DNA of 64,000 nucleotides from Amphiscolops sp. MND2022 (Eukaryota), in contig OZ076409.1 of assembly GCA_964187785.1 (NCBI GenBank), forward strand, positions 75,518,001 to 75,582,000, read 5' to 3'. The notes under the pieces are model-generated. The model worked only from the letters and a program-made list of their open reading frames with translations. It searched no databases and was not told the DNA's origin. This document shows positions 54,101 to 64,000 of the stretch, one piece after another (positions within the stretch are counted from its first letter, which is position 1; each line of letters starts with the position of its first letter). A program made the translations under genes and the position numbers.

Positions 54101-57100
54101 TCGAGCGCGGTAGCCGCTAGGTGGCCGTGTCTTTTCGACGTGCTTTTGCATCGAGGAGTGGGTAGGGCCCCGCGACGACCTAGAAGAATTGGATGCTCAC
54201 CGAAACGTGCAGAATTCTACGAGATCTCATAGTTTGAGCCATACGATTTTTCTGAAATTTGGCATGTGGCCTGGAATTGGTGAGTAGGTAAAACGTGTAG
54301 GAGGTGATTTTTCCCAAATTCCACTGTGAGACGAGATATGGGCAAATAACGGACCCAAAAATGGCAAAAATGCACATTTTTCAACTTTGTCACCCAATAT
54401 CTCTTTTCCAGGTGCCCGTAGCGTTCCGCACGTGGACATCAATATTGCTCAGCGCTGTTGGAGGAGTGCGTGGACAAATTTTGGTTGAAATCGGACGAAA
54501 ACGTGAGGAGAAATTAACGGTTTTCCGGGTGTTTCCGGGTTAAAATTTTTAACGGTCCAGCTTATCTTTGCCATTTTTTCGAAAATGTACTTGCCTAAAG
54601 GCCTCCCCCTGGCCGAATTTCCTCCCAGCAAACCCATTTGGCCCTAAATACGGAGTTTCAGCGTTCCAGCATTTCCGGGCGAAAAGTTGTGGGACTTAGA
54701 AAAATTTCAAAATTTTTCAAAAATTTTTTTTTCGTTTTCCGGGCCCCCAATGAAGGGGAACGACCCCCCAACCAGTATTTTGAGTGATTGCATATCGAAA
54801 GCCCTTGTTTTGACGAGAAAAATACCGTTTCGAACATCTTTTTATTTTAACTTGGCGTTGACTTATGACGTTTTGAATGTGATGTTAGGATGTGTGAGGC
54901 ATGTGAAAAGTTGATGTTTTGAGTCTTTATCTCATGTGAAAGCGATTGAGATACAAGCTGTTTCGCTCAAAACGGGTTTCATCGTAATTTCGCAGTGCAT
55001 CATTGACCTTTGTTGTCTTTTGAAGAATTTTTTCTTCATATAACAACAATTTTGGTGTGTTTCTTCCAATTTTTCTCATCTTCTAATTTGAAACAGTTGA
55101 GTACATTTCATCTCCCTTTCGGGGGAGATGAGAATGTACTCGCTAAAAACCTAGTGCTTTTGCGCCGCAATGTTTGCAAAAGTTGTTATTATTGCTGTTC
55201 CATCAGCATTTTCTAACTGACTTTTTTAAAACTATCAATTAACTTGAAGTACATTACTTGAACTTACTACTAATACCATACATCTCTAACGACAACGCAC
55301 CCTGCTTGCATCAACGCCCACCGTCCGTGGGCATGCCGAGGCATGCCCTTCGACGACGTATGCCAAATACCAAATGCCACGCTGTCATTCTCGCTAGGTG
55401 CCGGGATTACTATTCGTTCAAGGATGTTGCGCGTGTGGGTAGGGCCCCTGGCGCGCTCTTTTATTTCGGGTACACCTACTCCAAATTCACGATGTGATTT
55501 CGACCATCTCGTAAACTAGCCACACGATTTGGCTGAAATTTGGCACACGTACCCCCCTCGGCACGGTGAAGATGATTCCCTACTGACGTTTTGCCCGCTA
55601 AACATTTTTTGTTGACCAAAATAACGGTTTTTGGGGTAAAATTTTCAACTTTTTTTAAATTTCATCTTACATCTCGCCACGGGTACACGCTAGCGCTTCA
55701 AAACCTTGCTGACGAAAGCTTGCAAACTGTCTCGGGAATGCGGTGTGAAATTTTCAGCTCAATCGGACTCAAACTCGGGGAGATATAGCGTTTTTCCGGA
55801 GCGGGGGGGTTTCATTTTTCTAACGGTCCAGCTTATCTTTGCCATTTTTTCGAAAATGCACTCGCCTAAAGGCCTCCCCTGGCCGGTTTTATCCCCAGCA
55901 AAACCATTTGGCCCTAAATACGGAGTTTCAGCGTTCCAGTTTTCCCGGGCGAAAAGTTGTGGGACTTAGAAAAATTCAAAAATTTTCAAAAATTTTTTTT
56001 CCGTTATTTGGGCCCCCAAAGTGGGGGAAAAGACCCCCCAACCAGTAAAGCAAGTGAATGCATGTGGAAAGCCCTTGTTTAGAGGAGAAAAATGCCGTTT
56101 AGAACGTCTTTTTATCTTGGCTCAACGTTGACTTATGACGTTTTGAAGGTGATGTTTGGAGGTGTAAAGCACGAGAATAGTAAACGTTATGAGTATTTAT
56201 CTGATCTGAAAGCCATTGAGATGCAATATGGTTTGCTCAAAACGTAATTCATGGCAGTTTGGCAATCAATCAACACCCTTTGTTGTCGTTTGACATACTT
56301 TTTTGTTGTTATAATAAAAAATTTTGTGTATTTATTCATTTTTTTCTCATCAAATAACTTGAAACAGTTGAGTACATTCCATCCCCCCTTCCGGGGGAGA
56401 TGAGAATGTACTCGCAAAAAGCACCGAACTACGGCCCTTACCTTCCCGAGCTACGCAGTATAAGGATTACATATTGGTTCCGACATTTTCATAGAGTTAA
56501 ATCTTGGTAATCTGTCTGGATATGCACAAAAATCAGCACGTGCTTTTTTATACCAAGTTGCTCATAACGACAATTATTTTATATCAACGCCCCCATATTT
56601 AATAACGCCCCCCGTCCGTGGGCATGCCGAGGCATGCCCTTCGACGACGTATACCAAGATATGTTCGAGCGCGGTAGCCGCTAGGTGGCCGGAAATTTTT
56701 TTTTTCAGCAAAATCTTTGCCATTGGGGGAGGGGCCCCGGATGGCCAGTAGTACGGGATAGCTTCCTACCAAATCCAGATGGAAAAAACGTGATTTTGGA
56801 AACTAGCCGTCAGAATTTGCTCAAATTTTGCATACGGCTTCCTATAACAATTCTAAGAACTAATCCCTACTGGCATTTTGCCCAAAAAACGCAAAAAGTT
56901 GGTCAAAATCTTAGTTTTTTGGTCAAAAAATGGCGTTTTTTCGAAAAAAAATTTTTTCAGAGACAATTACTCGTAACTGGTTCACCCAGCGCAAAAACGC
57001 CTAGCTGATTTATTGTTGGGCACTTCAAGAGGAGTGCGTATACAAATTTTCGTCTAAATCGGATAAAAGTTGATTGAGAAATAACTGAAAATTTCAGGCA

Positions 57101-60100
57101 TTTTTTTGGAAATTTTCGAAATCCCAGTCTATCTCTGCCGTTTTTTGCCCAAATTTTTTTCCAGACACTCTCCTAAAGACCTCCCCTGGCCGGTTTACCT
57201 CCCAGCAAAACCATTTGGCCCTAAATACGGAGTTTCAGCATTCCAGCAAACCCCGGGTAAAAGATAAATGACTTAGAATTTTTTCGAAAAATTTTCAAAA
57301 TTTTTTTTTTCAAATTCAGGCCTCCTAAAGTCAAGAAACTTCCACACAACTAGGATTGCAAGTGATAGCATGTGGAAAGTGCTTGAATAGACAAGAAAAA
57401 TGAGCTATTATACGAGTCTGTAGCTTAACCTGACGTTGACTTATGCCAATTTTAGTGTGAGCTTCGTATGTGCTGAAAAAAATAAAAAAAACCTAAAAGT
57501 CTTTTTAAGGTAATCAGGATACGTCCAATCAACCCCAGAGCTGTTATATTGCCGTTGTGTAGTAGAGCAACACCATTTAGAGTGTTTGACCCATTTTGAC
57601 AAGTTTTGATACAGTCTTGTTCATCCAATAGCTTAAAACAGTTGAGTACATTCCATCTCCCCCCTTGTGGGGGAGATGAGAATGTACTCGCTAAAAGTCA
57701 GGTACTGTAGCGCCCATTTTATTTTATTCGACGCTAGTGATGCTATTGCACACGAATACAATAGTTTTGTCAAATCATGTTTGACATGATGCATCTTACT
57801 TTACCTTTAGTTTACGTTTACCTACTACTACAACATCGCATCCCTGACGTCAACGCCACATACTCGCATCAACGCCCACCGTCCGTGGGCATGCCGAGGC
57901 ATGCCCTTCGACGACGTATGCCAAATAGCGCCACAGGGCGCAAACTTGTCCGCTAGGTGGCCGGAAATTTTTTTTTTCATCAAAATCTTTGCCATTGGGG
58001 GAGGGGCCCCGGATGGCCAGTAGTACGGCATAGCTCCCTACGGAATCCAGGCAGAAAAAACGTGATTTTGGAAACTAGCCGTCAGAATTTGCTCAAATTT
58101 TGCATACGGCTTCCTATAACAATCCTAAGAACTAATCCCTACTGGCATTTTGCCCAAAAAACGCAAAAAGTTGGTCAAAATCTTAGTTTTTTGGTCAAAA
58201 AATGGCGTTTTTTCGAAAAAATTTTTTTTCAGAGACAATTACTCGTAACTGGTTCACCCAGCGCAAAAACGCCTAGCTGATTTATTGTTGGGCACTTCAT
58301 GAGGAGTGCGTATACAAATTTTCGTCCAGATCGGAAAAAAAATGACTAAGTATTAGCCGGAATTCGGACGCATTTTTTCGCAAATTTTTGAAAACCTAGT
58401 CTATCTCTGCCGTTTTTTGCCCAGATTTTTTTCCAGGTCCTCTCCTAAAGGCCTCCCCTGGCCGGTTTACTTCCCAGAAAAACCAATTGGCCCTAAATAC
58501 GGAGTTTCAGCGTTCTAGCATTCCCGGGCGAAAAGATGTGGGACTTAGAAAAAATTCAAAATTTTTCAAAAAATTTTTTTTTCGTTTTCCGGCCCCCCAA
58601 TGAAGGGGAACGACCCCCCAACGAGGATTTTTGGTGAATTCACGTGGAAAGGCCTTGTTTTGTGGAGCAAATTGCCGTTTAGAGCAACTTTTTATCTTAA
58701 CTTGACGTTGACCTCTGTCGTTTTGAATTTGATATTAGTATGTGTTGAGCATGTGAAAAGTTGATGATTTCAGTTGTTCTCTCGTGTTCAAGCCATTGAG
58801 ATACAAGCGGTAGTGATCAAAATGTGATTTATCGCAATTTGGTGGTGCTTTTGGTGTATTTTGATTCTTTTAAATAAAAAGTTGTTCTTTATATATTTGG
58901 TGTATTGATTCAAATGAACAAGAAACAGTTGAGTACATTTCATCTCCCCCCTTGTGGGGGAGATGAGGATGTACCCGCTAAATGACACGCACAATGGCCT
59001 AATTTTATTTTTATGCGACATTTTCTAGGCTTTTGCGCAAGCCCACTAAAATTTAGACTGGTTTCCTTTTCTTTTACTCCAAAATTTTCCGTACTAACCA
59101 CCTTACGCACCACCAGCTCAACGTAACATCTGTAACGTCAACGCCACACACTCTCACTAACGCCCACCGTCCGTGGGCATGCCGAGGCATGCCCTTCGAC
59201 GACGTATGCCAAATAGCGCCACAGGGCGCCCCCATTCCCGCTAGGTGCCGGGATTTCTATTCGTTCGAGTATGTGGCGCGTGTGGGTAGGGCCCCTGGCG
59301 CGCTCTTGTGTTTGGGGGTTTCCTACTTCTAAATCACGTTCAGATTTCCGGGATCTCGTAAACTATCCATACGATTTGGCTGAAATTTGGCACACGTACC
59401 CCCCTCGGCACGGTGAAGATGATTTCCTACTGACGTTTTTCCCGCTAAACATTTTTTGTTGACCAAAATAACGGTTTTTGGTGGAAAATTTTTGATTTTT
59501 TTTAAATTTTATCTTATATCTCGCCACGGGTCCACGCTAGCGCTTCCAAACCTTGCTGACGAAACCTCGCAAACTGTCTCAGGAATGCTGTGTGAAATTT
59601 TCAGCTCAATCGGACTTAAACTCGGGGAGATATAGCGTTTTTCCGGAGCGGGGGGGTTTCATTTTTCTAACGGTCCAGCTTATCTTTGCCATTTTTTCGA
59701 AAATGCACTCGCCTAAAGGCCTCCCCTGGCCGGTTTTACTCCCAAAAAAACCATTTGGCCCTAAATACGGAGTTTCAGCGTTCTAGCATTCCGGGGCGAA
59801 AAGTTGTGGTACTTAGTAAATTTCAAAAATTTTCAAAAATTTTTTTTTCGTTATTTGGGCCCCCAAAGTGGGGGAAAAGACCCCCCAACCAGTAATTTGA
59901 GTGAATTCATGTGGAAAGGCCATGTTTAGCGGCGAAAAATGCTTTTTAGATCGTCTTTTTATTTTAACCTGTTGTTGACTTATGTTGTTTTGAAGGTGAT
60001 GTTTGGATGTGTGAAGCATGTGAAAAGGTAATTTTTTGTGTCTTTATCTCTTCTAAAAGCCATTGAGATGCAATCTGTTTTGCTCAAAACGTAATTCAAT

Positions 60101-63100
60101 GCAATTTGGCAGTCAATGAACACAATTTGGTGTCTTTTGTTATATTTTTCTGTTGATATAATAAAAAATTTGTGTCTTTATTAATTTTTTTTAAATAAAA
60201 TAACTTGAAACAGTTGAGTACATTCCATCCCCCCCTTCCGGGGGAGATGGAAATGTACTCGCTAAAAGCCGCGAACAAGAGCCCATACCTTCCTGCGCTA
60301 CGCAGTATAAAGATTGCATGTTGGTTCCGACTTTTTGGTAGTGTTATATCTTGGTAATTTGACTGAATATGGAGAAAAATCAGCAAGTGCTCTTTTATAG
60401 CAAATTGCTGACAACGACAATTTTTTTATATCAACGCCCCCATATTTATCAACGCCCCCCGTCCGTGGGCATGCCGAGGCATGCCCTTCGACGACGTATA
60501 CCAAGATATACTCCCGAGCGCGGTAGCCGCTAGGTGCCGGGATTACTATTCGTTCGAGTATGTGGCGCGTGTGGGTAGGGCCCCTGGCGCGCTCTTTTAT
60601 TTCGGGTACACCTACTCCAAATTCACGATGTGATTTCGACGATCTCGTAAACTAGCCACACGATTTGGCTGAAATTTGGCACACGTACCCCCCTCGGCAC
60701 GGTGAAGATGATTCCCTACTGACGTTTTGCCCGCTAAACATTTTTTGTTGACCAAAATAACGGTTTTTGGGGGAAAATTTTGAACTTTTTTTAAATTTCG
60801 TCTTATATCTCGCCACGGGTTTACGCTAGCGCTTCAAAACCTTGCTAACGAAAGTTTGCAAACTGTCTCAGGAATGCGGTGTGAAAATTTCAGCCCAATC
60901 GGACTTAAACTCGAGGAGATATAGCGTTTTTCCGGAGCGGGGGGGTTTCATTTTTCTAACGGTCCAGCTTATCTTTGCCATTTTTTCGAAAATGCACTCG
61001 CCTAAAGGCCTCCCCTGGCCGGTTTTATTCCCAGCAAAACCATTTGGCCCTAAATACGGAGTTTCAGCGTTCCAGCATTCCCGGGCGAAAAGTTGTGGGA
61101 CTTAGAAAAGTTCAAAAATTTTCAAAAAATTTTTTTTCCGTTTTCCGCCCTCCCCCCCTAAGGGAAAAGACCCCCCAACCAATAATTTGAGTGAATTCAT
61201 GTGGAAAGGCCATGTTTAAAGGAGAAAAATGCCGTTTAGAACGTCTTTTTATCTTGGCTCAACGTTGACTTATGACGTTTAGAAGGTGATGTTTGGAGGT
61301 GTAAAGCACGTGAATAGTAAACGTTATGAGTATTTATCTGAACTGAAAGCCATTGAGATGCAATATGGTTTGCTTAAAACGTAATTCATGGCCGTTTGGC
61401 AATCAATCAAACCCTTTGTTGTCGTTTGACATACTTTTTTGTTGTTATAATAAAAACTTTTGTGTATTTATTCATTTTTTTCTCATCAAATAACTTGAAA
61501 CAGTTGAGTACATTCCATCCCCCCCTTCCGGGGGAGATGAGAATGTACTCGCAAAAAGCACCGAACTACGGCCCTTACCTTCCCGAGCTACGCAGTATAA
61601 AGATTGCATATTGGTTCCGACATTTTCATAGAGTTATATCTTGGTAATCTGTCTGGATATGCAGAAAAACCAGCACGTGCTTTTTTATACCAAGTTGCTC
61701 ACAACGTCATTTATTTTATATCAACGCCCCCATATTTATCAACGCCCCCCGTCCGTGGGCATGCCGAGGCATGCCCTTCGACGACGTATACCAAGATATA
61801 CATCGGGCGTGTGCCTAGGTGGCCGGAAATTTTTTTTTCATCAAAATCTTTGCCATTGGGGGAGGGGCCCCGGATGGCCAGTAGTACGGGATAGCTTCCT
61901 ACCAAATCCAGGCGGAAAAAACGTGATTTTGGAAACTAGCCGTCAGAATTTGCTCAAATTTTGCATACGGCTTCCTATGACAATCCTAAGAACTAATCCC
62001 TACTGGCATTTTGCCCAAAAAACGCAAAAAGTTGGTCAAAATCTTAGTTTTTTGGTCAAAAAATGGCGTTTTTTCGAAAAAAAATTTTTTCAGAGACAAT
62101 TACTCGTAACTGGTTCACCCAGCGCAAAAACGCCTAGCTGATTTATTGTTGGGCGCTTCATGAGGAGTGCGTATACAAATTTTCGTCCAGATCGGAAGAA
62201 AAATGACTAAGTATTAGCCGGAATTCGGACGCATTTTTTCGCAAATTTTTGAAAACCTAGTCTATCTCTGCCGTTTTTTGCCCAGATTTTTTTCCAGGTC
62301 CTCTCCTAAAGGCCTCCCCTGGCCGGTTTACTTCCCAGAAAAACCAATTGGCCCTAAATACGGAGTTTCAGCGTTCTAGCATTCCCGGGCGAAAAGATGA
62401 GGGACTTAGAAAAAATTCAAAATTTTTCAAAAAAATTTTTTTTCGTTTTCCGGCCCCCCAATGAAGGGGAACGACCCCCCAACGAGGATTTTTGGTGAAT
62501 TCACGTGGAAAGGCCTTGTTTTGTGGAGCAAATTGCCGTTTAGAGCAACTTTTTATCTTAACTTGACGTTGACCTCTGTCGTTTTGAATTTGATATTAGT
62601 ATGTGTTGAGCATGTGAAAAGTTGATGATTTCAGTTGTTCTCTCGTGTTCAAGCCATTGAGATACAAGCGGTAGTGATCAAAATGTGCTTTATCGCACTT
62701 TGATGGTGCTTTTGGTGTATTTTGATTCTTTTAAATAATAAGTTGTTCTTTATATATTTGGTGTATTGATTCAAATGAACAAGAAACAGTTGAGTACATT
62801 TCATCTCCCCCCTTGTGGGGGAGATGAGGATGTACCCGCTAAATGACACGCACAATGGCCTAATTTTATTTTTATGCGACCTTTTCTAGGCTTTTGCGCA
62901 AGCTCACTAAAATTTAGACTGGTTTCCTTTTCTTTTACTCCAAAATTTTCCGTACTAACCACCTTACGCACCACCAGCTCAACGTAACATGTGTAACGTC
63001 AACGCCACACACTCTCACTAACGCCCACCGTCCGTGGGCATGCCGAGGCATGCCCTTCGACGACGTATGCAAATAGCGCCACAGGGCGCAAACATTCCCG

Positions 63101-64000
63101 CTAGGTGCCGGGATTTCCATTCGATAAGGAATTCTGCGCGTGTGGGTAGGGCCCCTGGCGCGCTCCTGTGTTTTCGGTTTTCCTACTCCAAATTCACACC
63201 CCAGTTATCTCCGATCTCGTAAACTATCCATACGATTTGGCTGAAATTTGGCACACGTACCCCCCTCGGCACGGTGAAGATGATTTCCTACTGACGTTTT
63301 TCCCGCTAAACATTTTTTGTTGACCAAAATAACGGTTTTTGGGGTAAAATTTTCAACTTTTTTTAAATTTTATCTTATATCTCGCCACGGGTACACGCTA
63401 GCGCTTCCAAACCTTGCTGACGAAAGTTTGCAAACTGTCTCAGGAATGCTGTGTGAAATTTTCAGCTCAATCGGACTTAAACTCGAGGAGATATAGCGTT
63501 TTTCCGGAGCGGGGGGGTTTCATTTTTCTAACGGTCCAGCTTATCTTTGCCATTTTTTCGAAAATGCACTCGCCTAAAGGCCTCCCCTGGCCGGTTTTAT
63601 TCCCAGCAAAACCATTTGGCCATAAATACGGAGTTTCAGCGTTCCAGCATTCCCGGGCGAAAAGTTGTGGGACTTAGAAAATTTCAAAAATTTTCAAAAA
63701 TTTTTTTTCCGTTATTTGGGCCCCCAAAGTGGGGGAAAAGACCCCCCAACCAGTAAAGCAAGTGAATGCATGTGCAAAGCCCTTGTTTAGAGGAGAAAAA
63801 TGCCGTTTAGAACGTCTTTTTATCTTGGCTCAACGTTGACTTATGACGTTTTGAAGGTGATGTTTGGAGGTGTAAATCACGTGAATAGTAAACGTTATGA
63901 GTATTTATCTGATCTGAAAGCCATTGAGATGCAATATGGTTTGCTCAAAACGTAATTCATGGCAGTTTGGCAATCAATCAACACCCTTTGTTGTCGTTTG
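45152..64000. repeat. Family A units 34-47 plus a partial unit
   Basis: Fourteen complete units of 1266-1309 bp. The partial unit 63105-64000 matches the start of 35012-36297. Confidence 0.95.

Larger units (their letters stand above)
1..64000. repeat. Head-to-tail array of heterogeneous 1.0-2.0 kb non-coding units joined at CTAG|GTG
   Basis: Last base of the junction CTAG read at 202, 1490, 2764, 4052, 5345, 6614, 8580, 9867, 11156, 12422, 13715, 14994, 16273, 18246, 19539, 20832, 22111, 23388, 24669, 26640, 27953, 29222, 31195, 32468, 33733, 35011, 36297, 37585, 38875, 40162, 41429, 42703, 44105, 45151 (CTGG), 46426, 47713, 48979, 50253, 51562, 52846, 54120, 55397, 56684, 57956, 59244, 60533, 61818 and 63104. 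Each is followed by GTG. All units are co-oriented and the array runs off both window ends. Confidence 0.97.

Noticed and set aside
99..63756. Numerous recurring 60-166 aa ORFs (e.g. MPFFRKCTRLKASPGRF..., MLTKVCKLSQE...)
   Set aside because: They are short, overlap in several frames on both strands and often use non-ATG starts. Stops and homopolymer frameshifts differ between copies, and no recognisable domain or HUH, tyrosine-recombinase or DDE motif is present. They recur only because the DNA is repeated.
1..64000. Ligation concatemer artefact from a CTAG-cutting enzyme
   Set aside because: Many internal CTAG sites (AACTAGCC, GCTAGCG, CCCTAGGG) are not junctions, all units are co-oriented, junctions are always followed by GTG and one junction is CTGG. 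Read-level confirmation is still advisable.
1..64000. Tandem rRNA, 5S, tRNA, snRNA or spliced-leader gene array
   Set aside because: No recognisable rRNA, tRNA cloverleaf, snRNA or spliced-leader sequence was seen by eye. An Rfam scan would be needed to exclude an unknown ncRNA.

Overview
The whole 64 kb is non-coding. It is one uninterrupted head-to-tail array of 47 complete units and 2 partial units, joined at 48 junctions with the core CTAG|GTG (one junction is CTGG|GTG). It does not behave like an ordinary satellite. The units fall into at least four families with different bodies: A (41 complete units, 1265-1313 bp, many diverged and mosaic subtypes), B (4 units, 1966-1973 bp), C (1 unit, 1402 bp) and D (1 unit, 1046 bp). 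All are co-oriented, appear in scrambled order and abut with no spacer or visible target-site duplication. All four share a head motif (GGG(T/G)AGGG(C/T)CC at about +40 to +50) and carry a ~45-50 nt hairpin 200-410 bp before the junction. 44 of the 48 ends carry a TCAACGCC direct repeat plus a GGGCATGCC-GN-GGCATGCCC palindrome. Near-identical units have different neighbours, and in one case a whole unit is absent with the breakpoint confined to the 9-bp junction core. The best reading is a cassette-like array of non-autonomous mobile modules that integrate at, or excise from, a common site, by a rolling-circle/HUH enzyme or a site-specific recombinase acting in trans. That mechanism is inference. 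No enzyme gene, RNA gene or CRISPR array is visible, and all listed ORFs look like incidental frames in the repeats. The host cannot be determined from this window; a eukaryotic nuclear origin is a weak guess. All alignments and folds were done by eye.
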